Shown here piece by piece: positions 7,776 to 17,701 of a stretch of 44,905 bases of DNA. The notes beneath the pieces were generated by a model. It was given only the letters and a program-made list of their open reading frames with translations. It was not told the origin of the DNA and did not search any database. Each line of letters opens with the position of its first letter. Position 1 is the first letter of the stretch. A program made the translations under genes and the position numbers. Source of the DNA: an uncultured Candidatus Saccharibacteria bacterium (lineage in GTDB: Bacteria > Patescibacteriota > Minisyncoccia > Minisyncoccales > UBA1441); contig CAZFWR010000001.1 of NCBI GenBank assembly GCA_964522615.1, positions 1-44,905 on the forward strand, read 5' to 3'.

Positions 7776-7826
7776 TCTTTCTATTATACATTAAAAGCTT
7801 TAAAAATTAAGGGTTTTAAATAAAAA

Positions 7827-8525
7827 ATGAAAGTAGCTCCTATTCAAACTGAACTTGATCCTCAAAAAGTCGTTGCTCAAGGAGCGATAGAAACAATAAT
7901 TAGAAAAGCTGAAGCTACTGGGCAGCCAGCCAATTTTTCTCACCGGATCATTCCCTCTGTCCATCTCACTAATCGAAAAATAGAAACTAGCCTCAATTTT
8001 CAGGGAGCTACTATTCTTGGTCCGGTTGCTTTCCGAGAAGTAGTTATCAACGGCGACCTCAATCTCCAGGAAACCATTATCAAAGGAGCCCTTTACCTGG
8101 AAGGAAGCATTATTCGGGGCTCTTTCAATCTCCAGCAAGCAGTGGTCCGGGGGGTTATTAATTTGGTCGGAGCCCAGATTAAAGGAAACCTTAACGGCCA
8201 ACAGTTGACCAATAGCGGTTTTATCAGCTTAGCTAAGGCTCAAATCGGAAAAAATCTAAACCTGCAGGGGATAAGGATTGAAGACGCTGATTACGAAGGA
8301 TTAATTATTCGGGGAAATCTTTATCTGCGCGGCATTATTCTCAATGGAGCCCTTCATCTGGAAAAAGCAAGCGTTAGCGGTTCGGTTGATCTCGTTCAGG
8401 CTTTAATTCTTGGAACAGCAGATCTGACCGGCATCTCTATTAAGGATTATCTTATTCTTCGCCAAGCTTCTCTAGAAAACGGGTTAGTGCTTGAAGGCGC
8501 TCGCTACCGGGAATTGGTAAAATGA
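7827..8525 (+). CDS. Pentapeptide-repeat protein
   Basis: 232 aa. From about residue 55 onward there are continuous 5-residue repeats (NFQGA TILGP VAFRE VVING DLNLQ ETIIK GALYL EGSII RGSFN LQQAV ...). The stop overlaps the dnaE start (ATGA at 8522-8525). Confidence 0.7.
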   Translation: MKVAPIQTELDPQKVVAQGAIETIIRKAEATGQPANFSHRIIPSVHLTNRKIETSLNFQGATILGPVAFREVVINGDLNLQETIIKGALYLEGSIIRGSFNLQQAVVRGVINLVGAQIKGNLNGQQLTNSGFISLAKAQIGKNLNLQGIRIEDADYEGLIIRGNLYLRGIILNGALHLEKASVSGSVDLVQALILGTADLTGISIKDYLILRQASLENGLVLEGARYRELVK

Positions 8526-11500
8526 AGGGACGATTCACCCATCTTCACGTCCATTCTCACTACAGTCTTCTCGACGGCCTGCCCAAAATCGGGGAACTCC
8601 TAGATCGGGCCAAAAGTTTAGAAATGGATAGCGTCGCTTTAACCGACCATGGAAATCTCTATGGTCTTATTGAGTTTTATCAAAAAGCCCGACAAAAAGG
8701 CATCAAACCTATCTTCGGTTGCGAGGTTTATGTTGCCCCCCGCCGCCGGGACCAAAAAGAGCCAGCCGCCGATAAAAAAGCTTACCATCTTACCCTTCTA
8801 GCCGAAAATAATACCGGTTATCAAAATCTAGTCCAGCTAATTACCAAAGCTAATTTAGAGGGATTTTACTATCATCCTCGAGTAGACGAAGAGCTTTTGG
8901 CTCAACATCACTCGGGCTTAATCGCTCTCTCCGGCTGCCTCCAGGGAAAAATCCCTCGCTTAATTCTTACCCGCCGTTTGGAGGAAGCCAAAAAAACGGC
9001 TAAAAAATACCAGAAAATCTTTGGTCCGAATAATTTTTATCTGGAAATCCAACCTCATCTTCATCTCGAGCAGCAAACAGAAGTTAATCAAACCCTTATC
9101 GCCTTTTCTCAAGAATTGGGCATTCCTCTAGTGGGGACCAATGACGTTCATTATTTAAAATCGGAAGACGCGGAGGCTCAAGACATTCTCATGCTGATTA
9201 ACACCAAGCAAAACATTGATACTCCTAATCGCCGCACGATGCTCGGAGAAAACTTCTCTCTTCTCTCTCCGCAGGAGATGATTTCCCTTTTAAAAGAAAC
9301 TCCGGAAGCAGTTGAAAATACTAACCGCATTGCCGACCGATGCCAGGTTAACCTAGAATTGGGGAAAATTAAACTTCCTTCTTTTCCTCTTCCCAACAAC
9401 CAAACCGCTGATGAATATTTGACCGGCCTTTGCCGAAAAGGCATCAAGGAAAAGTATGGTCGAGCTAGTAAGGCAATAGAAAACCGCCTCCAGCAGGAAC
9501 TAGCCGTTATTAAGCAGATGAAATTTGCTTCTTACTTCCTTATCGTCCAAGATTTTGTCCACTGGGCGAAAGCAAAGCATATTGTTGTTGGCCCCGGGAG
9601 GGGAAGCGCCCCTGGTTCCCTGGTCTCCTATTTACTAGATATCACTTCCATCGACCCCCTAAAGTATAATCTCCTTTTTGAAAGATTTCTTAATCCGGAC
9701 CGCATTTCCATGCCAGATATTGACCTGGACTTTACCGACCGCCGCCGAGACGAAGTGCTGAGATACGTTACCCAGAAATACGGAACTGATCACGTTGCCC
9801 AAATTATTACCTTCGGTACAATGGCTGCCCGCGGAGCTATCCGGGACGTAGGAAGAGTTCTTCACTATCCTTATATCTTCTGCGACAAAATCGCCAAAGC
9901 TATCCCGATGAATCTTTCTCTCCAAAAATCCCTCCAAAGCGTTGGAGAATTGAAACGACGCTACGAAGAAGAAGAAAAAGTCCGCCGCTTAATAGATCTC
10001 GCCCAAAAACTAGAAGGAACAGCCCGCCACGCTTCCACCCATGCTTGTGGCGTAGTGATTTCAGACGCCCCCCTTACCGGAATAGTCCCCCTTCAGCATC
10101 CTCCCCAGGACAAGGGACAAACCATCACTCAATATGAAATGGGGTCTATTGAAGCTCTTGGCCTTTTAAAAATGGACTTCCTCGGCCTTAAAAACTTAAC
10201 CACTATTGAAGACGCTCTCCATTATATCTACGCTGTTCAAAAGAAGAATATTGATATCGAGAAAATTCCTCTCAATGATAAAAAAACTTATCAACTTTTG
10301 CAGCAAGGAAAAACAACCGGGGTTTTCCAACTAGAAAGCAACGGGATGAAAACTTATCTTCAGCAACTCAAACCGACTAAATTTGAAGATATTATTGCCA
10401 TGGTTGCTCTCTATCGTCCGGGACCGATGCAGTTTATCCCCCAATATATCAAGCGCAAGCAGGGTCAAGAAAAGTCTTCCTATCTTCATCCTAAATTAAA
10501 ACCAATTTTGGAAAACACTTATGGTATCGCTGTTTATCAAGAACAGATTATGCAAATCGCCCATCACCTGGCTGGTTTCAGCCTTTCAGAAGCTGACGTT
10601 CTCCGAAAAGCTATCGGGAAAAAGAATAAGAAACTCCTGATTGACCAAAAAAGCAGATTTCTAAAGGGAACAGAAGAAAATAAAATTCCAAAGGAAGCTG
10701 CCCAAAAAATTTGGGCCTGGATTATCCCTTTTGCCCGCTATAGTTTCAATCTTGCCCATGCCGCTTCTTATGCTACTATTGCCTATCAGACCGCTTATCT
10801 CAAGGCCAATTACCCTCTGGAATTCATGGCCGCTCTTTTAACCTCTCACCAGGGAGATAATGACAAAATTTCCTTCTTGATTCGGGAATGCGAAGAAATG
10901 AAAATTCCCGTTCTTCCTCCGGACATCAACCAAAGCTTCCGTAATTTTTCTGTTGTCCCTCGAGAAAAGAAAATCCGCTTTGGCCTTTCAGCTATTAAAA
11001 ACGTTGGACAGAAGATTGTTGTTGATATTCTCCAAGAAAGAAAGGAGAATGGTTCTTTCCAATCATTTGAAGACTTTCTAGAGCGTACTGCTTCTTTGAG
11101 TTTAGAAAAGAAAACACTAGAAAGCTTAGCTGAAGCTGGAGCTTTTGACCGATTAATTGAAAGAGAAAAAATCATTAATAACTTAGCTCGTATTCTGGCC
11201 TTTCTTCATGACCTCCGAGAACAGAAAAAATCTCATCAGCAGAGCCTTTTCCAAGCTTCTGATTCTAAACCCCGCCTCCATTTGCCCAACGGAAATACCA
11301 CTCCCTTAAAAATGAAGCTTGAATGGGAAAAGAAGCTTTTAGGTCTTTATGTTAGCGCTCATCCCTTAGACGAATTTAAGAAGATTTTCCGCCAAGAAAC
11401 GACACCTATCCGGGAAATAATAACCGGCTCTTGGAAAAGAGGCCAGGCTCGGATTGGCGGAATTATTGTTCGGATTACAAAAATTCTTACCCGAAACCAG

Positions 11501-11704
11501 CAACAAATGATTTTTGCTGAATTGGAAGACCAAAGCGGCCGCATTGAAGTTATTGTTTTTCCCAATACTCTTGAACAGTACCCCTCTCTTTTCAAAGAAA
11601 ACAAGATTCTCATTGTTCAAGGGCAAGTAAGCCATCGAGATAACCAACCAAAATTAATTTGTAATTTGGCCGAAGAAATTATCTCCCAAGAAAATTATGA
11701 ATAA
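8522..11704 (+). CDS. dnaE: DNA polymerase III alpha subunit
   Basis: 1060 aa. PHP domain FTHLHVHSHYSLLDG. Palm/fingers PDIDLDF, and C-terminal OB-fold region. Confidence 0.95.
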   Translation: MKGRFTHLHVHSHYSLLDGLPKIGELLDRAKSLEMDSVALTDHGNLYGLIEFYQKARQKGIKPIFGCEVYVAPRRRDQKEPAADKKAYHLTLLAENNTGYQNLVQLITKANLEGFYYHPRVDEELLAQHHSGLIALSGCLQGKIPRLILTRRLEEAKKTAKKYQKIFGPNNFYLEIQPHLHLEQQTEVNQTLIAFSQELGIPLVGTNDVHYLKSEDAEAQDILMLINTKQNIDTPNRRTMLGENFSLLSPQEMISLLKETPEAVENTNRIADRCQVNLELGKIKLPSFPLPNNQTADEYLTGLCRKGIKEKYGRASKAIENRLQQELAVIKQMKFASYFLIVQDFVHWAKAKHIVVGPGRGSAPGSLVSYLLDITSIDPLKYNLLFERFLNPDRISMPDIDLDFTDRRRDEVLRYVTQKYGTDHVAQIITFGTMAARGAIRDVGRVLHYPYIFCDKIAKAIPMNLSLQKSLQSVGELKRRYEEEEKVRRLIDLAQKLEGTARHASTHACGVVISDAPLTGIVPLQHPPQDKGQTITQYEMGSIEALGLLKMDFLGLKNLTTIEDALHYIYAVQKKNIDIEKIPLNDKKTYQLLQQGKTTGVFQLESNGMKTYLQQLKPTKFEDIIAMVALYRPGPMQFIPQYIKRKQGQEKSSYLHPKLKPILENTYGIAVYQEQIMQIAHHLAGFSLSEADVLRKAIGKKNKKLLIDQKSRFLKGTEENKIPKEAAQKIWAWIIPFARYSFNLAHAASYATIAYQTAYLKANYPLEFMAALLTSHQGDNDKISFLIRECEEMKIPVLPPDINQSFRNFSVVPREKKIRFGLSAIKNVGQKIVVDILQERKENGSFQSFEDFLERTASLSLEKKTLESLAEAGAFDRLIEREKIINNLARILAFLHDLREQKKSHQQSLFQASDSKPRLHLPNGNTTPLKMKLEWEKKLLGLYVSAHPLDEFKKIFRQETTPIREIITGSWKRGQARIGGIIVRITKILTRNQQQMIFAELEDQSGRIEVIVFPNTLEQYPSLFKENKILIVQGQVSHRDNQPKLICNLAEEIISQENYE

Positions 11705-13445
11705 GACCGAAAACAAAATAGAAATTAAACGTCATTCTTTAGCTCACCTTCTGGCTATGGCCGTTTTAAATCTTTATCCGGAAGTCAAATTAGGCATGGG
11801 CCCAGCTATTGAAAGCGGTTTTTACTACGACTTCAGCTTAGTTCAAAAGCTCACTCCGGACGATTTGCCAAAAATTGAAAAAAAGATGCGGGAAATAATC
11901 AAAAAAGGCATTGCCTTCAAACAAAAAAAACTATCTAGGAAAGAAGCCGTTTCTCTTTTTCAGAACCAGCCCTATAAATTAGAAATCCTCCAGAATCTTC
12001 CCGAAGAAGAAGTCAGCCTTTACCAAAGTGGAGATTTTATTGACCTCTGCCGCGGACCGCATATCTCCTCCACTAAAGAAATTGACCCTTCCTCCTTTAA
12101 GCTTAGCCGGGTAGCGGGGGCTTACTGGAAAGGGGATGAGAAAAATCCTATGCTTCAGAGAATTTATGGCTTAGCTTTTTCTACAACTGAAGAACTAAAA
12201 AATCATCTCCGCCAATTAGAAGAAGCCCAAAGGAGAGACCATCGCCGATTGGGTTCTCAATTGGATCTTTTCCATATCGACCCAAAAGTTGGGCCCGGCC
12301 TTGTTCTTTGGCACCCGGCTGGAGCAACCTTAAAAAGAATCGTCGAGAATTATGTCCTGGATGAATATCTTAAAAACGGCTATCAATTGGTCAGTACTCC
12401 CCATATCGCTAAGATAAATCTCTGGGAAACTTCCGGCCATGCCAATTTCTATCAAGAAAGCATGTTTCCTCCTTTCCACCTGGCAGAAAAAAAGGGAGAA
12501 GAAAAAGAAGATTACCAGCTGAAACCGATGAACTGCCCTTTCCATATTCTTATTTATCAAAACCAAAGTAAAAGCTACCGAGACCTTCCTCTGCGCTACA
12601 CCGAATTAGGAACAGTTTACCGTTATGAAAAATCAGGAACTCTCCACGGACTAACTCGCGTCCGGGGTTTTACCCAAGACGACGCTCATATTTGGTGCCG
12701 GGCCGACCAATTAGAGGCAGAACTAAAACAAGTTCTCCATTTTGCCCTCAAAATTTTTCAAACTTTCGACTTCCGGGAATATGATATTTACCTTTCTACT
12801 CGGCCAGCTAAATATATTGGCAGTGAAGAATCTTGGGAATTAGCCACCGATGCCTTAAAGAAAGCTCTGGTTGCCACGAAGGTGAATTATTCTCTTGACC
12901 AAGAAGGAGGAGTATTCTACGGGCCAAAAATTGATATTAAAATAAAAGATTCTATCGGCCGTTCTTGGCAGTGTTCTACCATCCAAGTGGATTTCAATCT
13001 CCCAGAAAAATTTGATCTCTCTTTTATTAACGCCCGGGGAGAAAAAGAAAGACCAATCATGATTCACCGGGCCCTGTTGGGCAGTATGGAAAGATTCCTG
13101 GGTGTTCTCTTGGAAAACTGCGCCGGGGACCTCCCCTTGTGGTTAGCCCCCACTCAATTGATGATTCTTCCGGTAAGTGAAAAATACCAAAAAGAAGCAA
13201 AAGAAATATTTTCTCAATTTGCCGCCCAGGGTTTTCGCTGCCAATTAAACGATAAGGAGGAAACAGTTAGCAAGAGAATTCGCGAGGGAGAATTGAAAAA
13301 GATTCCCTACTTAGTCGTTATTGGAGAGAAGGAGGTCCAAAACCAAACCTTGACTGTTCGCCAAAGAGGAAAAAAGGAATTGGTGGAAACTTCTTTTAGT
13401 CAGCTGCAAAAAACAATGAAAACTTTAATCCAAGAAAGAAAATGA
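11697..13445 (+). CDS. thrS: Threonyl-tRNA synthetase (no N-terminal TGS domain)
   Basis: 582 aa. Begins directly in the editing-domain segment RHSLAHLLAMAVLNLYPEVKLGMGPAIESGFYYDF. Class II core FRYEKSGTLHGLTRVRGFTQDDAHI. 8-nt overlap with dnaE. Confidence 0.95.
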   Translation: MNKTENKIEIKRHSLAHLLAMAVLNLYPEVKLGMGPAIESGFYYDFSLVQKLTPDDLPKIEKKMREIIKKGIAFKQKKLSRKEAVSLFQNQPYKLEILQNLPEEEVSLYQSGDFIDLCRGPHISSTKEIDPSSFKLSRVAGAYWKGDEKNPMLQRIYGLAFSTTEELKNHLRQLEEAQRRDHRRLGSQLDLFHIDPKVGPGLVLWHPAGATLKRIVENYVLDEYLKNGYQLVSTPHIAKINLWETSGHANFYQESMFPPFHLAEKKGEEKEDYQLKPMNCPFHILIYQNQSKSYRDLPLRYTELGTVYRYEKSGTLHGLTRVRGFTQDDAHIWCRADQLEAELKQVLHFALKIFQTFDFREYDIYLSTRPAKYIGSEESWELATDALKKALVATKVNYSLDQEGGVFYGPKIDIKIKDSIGRSWQCSTIQVDFNLPEKFDLSFINARGEKERPIMIHRALLGSMERFLGVLLENCAGDLPLWLAPTQLMILPVSEKYQKEAKEIFSQFAAQGFRCQLNDKEETVSKRIREGELKKIPYLVVIGEKEVQNQTLTVRQRGKKELVETSFSQLQKTMKTLIQERK

Positions 13446-13449
13446 AGAG

Positions 13450-14757
13450 ATGAAATACTTTTTCACTGTTTTTGGCTGCCAAATGAATTACGCCGATACA
13501 GAAAGAATGATTACTGTGCTTGAGACTTTAGGATACAAACCAGCTTCTACTCTTAACGAAGCTGATTTGTTTATTGTCAATATGTGTTCCGTGAGGCAAT
13601 CAGCCGTTGATAGAGTCTACGGACTAGTTCCCAAAATAAACCAGCAGAAGAAAACCAATCCGCGCTTTCGGAGTATTCTCACCGGTTGCCTTCTTCCATC
13701 AGACAGAAGAAAACTCCGCTCTGCTTTTGACTTTATTTTAGAAACTCAATCTCTTTCCCTCTGGCCAGAAAAATTAGGGTTTTCTGGAAAAAATTTTTCT
13801 TTTTGCCATTATTCTCAAATCCAACCAGCTTATCAATCTTCTTTCACTGCTTTTGTCCCCATTATGACCGGTTGTAATTATCAATGCAGTTACTGCGTCG
13901 TCCCCTCCACCCGGCACCGGGAATATTATCGGCCAACTGGAGAAATCCTAGAAGAGATCCAAGCCTTGGCAGAAAAGAATTACCAGGAAATCTGGCTCCT
14001 GGGCCAAAATGTTAATCACTATTCATCAACTTTCCATTCTCAACCGGTTGATTTTAACAAACTTTTAAAACTTATTGAAAATATTAAAGGGAATTTTTGG
14101 CTTTACTTTACCTCTCCTTATCCCAGCGATTTTACCGATGATTTAATTACTACTCTTGCCCAGTCGAAAAAACTTGCCCCTTATTTAAATCTTCCCCTCC
14201 AGTCCGGAAACGACGCCGTCTTAAAAAAGATGAACCGGCGTTACTCGGTAAAAGAATATATTTCTCTAGTAGAAAAGGTCAGAAAAGTCTTTCAGCAATT
14301 TCGGAGTGGATTAGAAAAATACCCGACCATCTCCACCGATATCATCGTTGGTTTTCCAGGAGAAACAATATCTGCTTTTCAACAAACACTTAAAATCTTC
14401 AAGCAGTTAAAATTTGACGCTGCTCATATCGCCTCTTTCTCTCCTCGCCCTCGGACAGCCGCTCTTCTTTTCAAAAATCAAATAGAAACAGCCGAAAAAG
14501 AAAGAAGAAAGAAAGAGCTAACCAAGGTTCTCCGTCAAACCGCTCTGGAGAATAATCAAAGATATCTCCAGCAAACCATTCCCCTCTTGGTGAAAACAGC
14601 CAATCCTCAAAAGAATTTTCTCCTAGGGAGGTCTTTCTCTTATAAAACCGTAAAGATTCTCGGAGAAAGTTCCTTCTCGCTTATCGGACAAAAAGTCAAA
14701 GTAAAAATTAAAAAAATCGGCCCATGGCAGTTAGAAGGAAAAATTCTTTACTCTTGA
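13450..14757 (+). CDS. miaB: tRNA-i6A37 methylthiotransferase (radical SAM, MiaB family)
   Basis: 435 aa. N-terminal FGCQMNYADTE. Radical-SAM CNYQCSYCVVP. C-terminal TRAM-like GQKVKVKIKKI. Directly upstream of miaA. Confidence 0.8.
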   Translation: MKYFFTVFGCQMNYADTERMITVLETLGYKPASTLNEADLFIVNMCSVRQSAVDRVYGLVPKINQQKKTNPRFRSILTGCLLPSDRRKLRSAFDFILETQSLSLWPEKLGFSGKNFSFCHYSQIQPAYQSSFTAFVPIMTGCNYQCSYCVVPSTRHREYYRPTGEILEEIQALAEKNYQEIWLLGQNVNHYSSTFHSQPVDFNKLLKLIENIKGNFWLYFTSPYPSDFTDDLITTLAQSKKLAPYLNLPLQSGNDAVLKKMNRRYSVKEYISLVEKVRKVFQQFRSGLEKYPTISTDIIVGFPGETISAFQQTLKIFKQLKFDAAHIASFSPRPRTAALLFKNQIETAEKERRKKELTKVLRQTALENNQRYLQQTIPLLVKTANPQKNFLLGRSFSYKTVKILGESSFSLIGQKVKVKIKKIGPWQLEGKILYS

Positions 14758-15650
14758 GAAATCTAGACCGCAAATTAGTAGTTATTCTCGGCCCAACCGC
14801 TGCCGGCAAGAGCCAATTAGCAGTCAAATTAGCCAAGGACTTTCAGGGAGAAATTGTCTCGGCTGATTCTCGACAAATTTATAAAGGATTAGATATTGGC
14901 ACAGGAAAAATAAGGCCCGAGGAAATGGAAGGAATTCCTCATCATCTCCTGGACATTGTTTCGCCCAAAGAACAGTTTGATGTCGTCCAATATCAAGAGA
15001 AAGCTTATCAAGCCATTGAATCAATTCTCCAAAGAAACCATCTTCCTTTTCTCGTCGGCGGCTCCCCTTTTTATCTTGAAGCAGTCATTAAGGGCTGGCA
15101 GTTTCTTCCGGCTAAAGCCGATCCTGCTCTCCGGGAGAAATTGTCTTCCCAGCCATTAGAAAAACTATTAAAAGTTCTAGCTGACCTTGACCCTCTTTAC
15201 TTCCAAAAAGTGGAAAAAACCAATAAAAGAAGAATTATCCGGGCGATTGAAATTGCTTCCCAATTAGGGAATATTCCTCCCCGAGAAAATCATCCTCGTT
15301 TTCAAACTTTAGTTCTTGGTTTACGAATCCCCTTTCCCCGATTAAAAAAGCAAATTGCCCAGCGTCAGGAAAAACTCTTCCGCCAGGGAATGATTGAAGA
15401 AACAGCTAAACTTCATCGGCAGGGCCTTTCCTGGAAAAGATTAGAAGAATTCGGCCTGGAATATCAATGGGTTAGCTATTATCTTCAGGGAAAAGAAACT
15501 GAAGAAGAAATGAAGAAAAAACTGCAGCGAGCTGTAGAAAAATTTGCCAAGCGGCAGTTGACTTGGTTCAAAAAAAATCCCAATATTCATTGGGTCCAGC
15601 GAGCAAGCCAAGGGCAAAACCTGATTCAGCAATTTCTAGAAAAGCCCTAG
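14724..15650 (+). CDS. miaA: tRNA dimethylallyltransferase
   Basis: P-loop ILGPTAAGKS; SADSRQIYKGLDIGTGK. The true start may be the TTG at 14754, which overlaps the miaB stop (TTGA). Confidence 0.9.
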   Translation: MAVRRKNSLLLRNLDRKLVVILGPTAAGKSQLAVKLAKDFQGEIVSADSRQIYKGLDIGTGKIRPEEMEGIPHHLLDIVSPKEQFDVVQYQEKAYQAIESILQRNHLPFLVGGSPFYLEAVIKGWQFLPAKADPALREKLSSQPLEKLLKVLADLDPLYFQKVEKTNKRRIIRAIEIASQLGNIPPRENHPRFQTLVLGLRIPFPRLKKQIAQRQEKLFRQGMIEETAKLHRQGLSWKRLEEFGLEYQWVSYYLQGKETEEEMKKKLQRAVEKFAKRQLTWFKKNPNIHWVQRASQGQNLIQQFLEKP

Positions 15651-17113
15651 GGCGATTGCAGAAATTGCTGCAGTTTTTCTCTCGCCGCCCGGGGATCAAT
15701 TTGTCCTCGGGTTTCCTGCATTAATTGGCCAAGTAAAAATTGGAGCGCTTTCTCTTTCCCCTGATGATAATCTTTTACGGCCGGCGCATTCTCAGCTATT
15801 ATTTTCCGCACCAATCGTTCCACCTCTTCTTCCCCTCCAATTTGCTCTAGTCCTTCTTCATCCATCACTTGAGAAGGATCAGCTCCTTTCTCAAACATGA
15901 TTTTGAGAATCCTTTTCGCTAAAGGAGAAGAAACCTTCTTTTGAAAAATGAGAATTATCAATTCAGCAAAATTCTCCGGGGTTACCAGCGCTTTTCTTCC
16001 AACATAGCCTTCCAATTCTCCCTGGAAATCAGTTAAAAGATAGTTGATCAATAGGGCTCGCAGTCGAGAATACTTAGCCGAAGGAATATTTTCTACTTTT
16101 GCCCAATCCTTAAGTTCGCTTTCCGCTTTCTCAAAAAAAGAAGCCAGGAAAGTGTTTCTAATTAAAGTTTCTCCTTCAGTTTCAGAAAGTTGATATTCTT
16201 TCTCAAATCTCTTTCTCTTCTCGGCGGGTAATTCAGGAATTTCCTGGCGAATTTCTTCCACCCAGGCCGGCTCTAAAGCAAAAGCAGGCAAATCGGGTTC
16301 TGGGAAATAACGATAATCAGCCGCTCCTTCTTTAATTCGCTGAAAAACCGTTTGAGAGCCATCCCACCCTCTCGTTTCCTGGACCACTTTCTCTCCTTTC
16401 TCAAGGATAGCCTTCTGCCTAATAATTTCGTAGTCAACCGCCTTCTTCGCCGCTCGGAAGGAATTAAGGTTTTTAATCTCGACCTTCGTTCCCGAGAGTA
16501 ATTCCTCGCCCTCTCTAATCAAAGAAATATTAACCTCGACCCGCATTTGTCCTTTCTCCATATCCGCTTCAGAAACCCCTAAATAACGAAGCGTTAATTG
16601 AAATTCTTTGGCAAATTCTCTGACCTCCTCTCCCGTTCTTAAATCAGGCTCCGTTACCATTTCCATTAAAGGAATGCCAGCTCTGTTAAAGTCCGCCAAA
16701 GCGGATTGTTCTTTCGGCAAATGAACAAGCCGGCCCGTGTCTTCCTCCAGGTGAATACGGGTAATGCGAATCTTTCTTCCTTGAATTTCCAACCAGCCTT
16801 TCTGGGCCAAGGGCTGATCATATTGAGAAATTTGATATCCTTTAGGCAGATCTGGATAAAAATAATTCTTCCGATCAAATTTCGTCCATTGAGGTATTTG
16901 ACAATGAAAAGCTAGTCCTGTCTTAATAACTTTCTTGACCGCTTCTTGGTTAATAGTCGGTAAAGAACCGGGATGACCCAAACAAACCTCGCAAACATTA
17001 ACATTGGGAACAGTTTCTTCTGGACCATTCCGGCAAGAGCAGAACATCTTTGATTCCGTTTTTAATTGAGCGTGAATTTCTAAACCGATGATGGCTTGCC
17101 AGTGTTGAACCAT
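15647..17113 (-). CDS. gatB: Asp/Glu-tRNA(Asn/Gln) amidotransferase subunit B
   Basis: 488 aa. WQAIIGLEIHAQL..., PGSLP and C-terminal YqeY-like domain typical of GatB. Confidence 0.95.
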   Translation of the reverse strand: MVQHWQAIIGLEIHAQLKTESKMFCSCRNGPEETVPNVNVCEVCLGHPGSLPTINQEAVKKVIKTGLAFHCQIPQWTKFDRKNYFYPDLPKGYQISQYDQPLAQKGWLEIQGRKIRITRIHLEEDTGRLVHLPKEQSALADFNRAGIPLMEMVTEPDLRTGEEVREFAKEFQLTLRYLGVSEADMEKGQMRVEVNISLIREGEELLSGTKVEIKNLNSFRAAKKAVDYEIIRQKAILEKGEKVVQETRGWDGSQTVFQRIKEGAADYRYFPEPDLPAFALEPAWVEEIRQEIPELPAEKRKRFEKEYQLSETEGETLIRNTFLASFFEKAESELKDWAKVENIPSAKYSRLRALLINYLLTDFQGELEGYVGRKALVTPENFAELIILIFQKKVSSPLAKRILKIMFEKGADPSQVMDEEGLEQIGGEEEVERLVRKIIAENAPAVKDYHQGKEKALQFLLGQLMQETRGQIDPRAAREKLQQFLQSP

Positions 17114-17272
17114 AAACCAAAAAGTAAAATTGCGTGTTTATATAACTCTGTTTAAGCTTATTTCTGAGAAAACTGTTAAGTTTTTGAAGAAACAAGGTTC
17201 TGACTGCTAAAGGTAGTTATGGTTCTTATTTTATCAGGAATTCGTAAATTTTACTAATATGTCAATGCAGAA

Positions 17273-17336
17273 AGGGGAACCTCTGGTACGTAACCATTGA
17301 TTCCCCTATAGGTGCTTGGCGAGCTTGCTAGCCAAG
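17273..17336 (-). terminator. Two hairpins at or after the stop of the 73-aa ORF
   Basis: CTTGGCgAGC-TT-GCTaGCCAAG (17315-17336) spans the TAG stop. AGGGGAA...TTCCCCT (17273-17307) is followed on the minus strand by TTCTGC. Confidence 0.35.
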
Positions 17337-17549
17337 ACTGGCGAGCCTTTTAAAAAGCTCGAAAGTTCTGTGGATTTCCTCCTTTATGTCTGTCAGAAAA
17401 TCCTTCGGAACTTCTGCCTTACGAAGAAACAATTCAGTCTCGCAAAGCTTACTGCGACGAGACAGAAGTGCGTTCAGAAGATCATGCGCTTCTTGCGGAG
17501 TTATCTCCATCGTCAGTGACTCGCTTACCTCCTTTTCCTTCATCGGCAT
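17328..17549 (-). CDS. Small all-helical hypothetical protein (73 aa from ATG; ORF track starts 3 codons earlier at GTG 17558)
   Basis: MPMKEKEVSESLTMEITPQEAHDLLNALLSRRSKLCETELFLRKAEVPKDFLTDIKEEIHRTFELFKRLASLG. SD GAGGTG lies 6 nt upstream of the ATG. Own consensus promoter upstream. No family recognised. Confidence 0.5.
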   Translation of the reverse strand: MPMKEKEVSESLTMEITPQEAHDLLNALLSRRSKLCETELFLRKAEVPKDFLTDIKEEIHRTFELFKRLASLG

Positions 17550-17601
17550 CTCGCTCACCTCTTTTTTACCCTTCGGGCTTATAGCCTTGATGGGTTAGAT
17601 T

Positions 17602-17654
17602 GAAACGAGAATTAAAAGTTCTGATTTTTTTTAAGGGCTCTTAATTCTCGCTTC
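17602..17654 (-). promoter_or_regulatory. Long leader hairpin in the 5' UTR of the 73-aa ORF
   Basis: Minus strand GAAGCGAGAATTAAGAG...CTTTTAATTCTCGTTTC: 17 bp including 2 G-U pairs, with a 19-nt A-rich loop. Located between the consensus promoter and the SD. Confidence 0.4.
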
Positions 17655-17701
17655 AACGCTGTTTAAGGAACTTTACTCCTCTTACTTATTCTAACAAACA
17701 T

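Noticed and set aside
7641-7826. Replication origin (oriC) in the AT-rich repeat-containing spacer next to dnaE.
   Set aside because: No DnaA-box-like TTATCCACA / TGTGGATAA sequences are visible, and dnaA and dnaN are not adjacent. The repeats carry promoter-like TATAAT palindromes instead.
7800-8201. 133-aa minus-strand ORF opposite the pentapeptide-repeat gene.
   Set aside because: Repeat-encoding DNA commonly keeps the antisense frame open. The plus-strand product shows a regular 5-residue repeat and is coupled to dnaE, whereas the antisense product has no pattern.
17114-17272. Possible ncRNA in the 214-nt gatB upstream spacer.
   Set aside because: Apart from the hairpins assigned to the 73-aa cassette, I see only AT-rich sequence, with no convincing conserved-looking structure or promoter. 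It cannot be supported without covariance-model searches.
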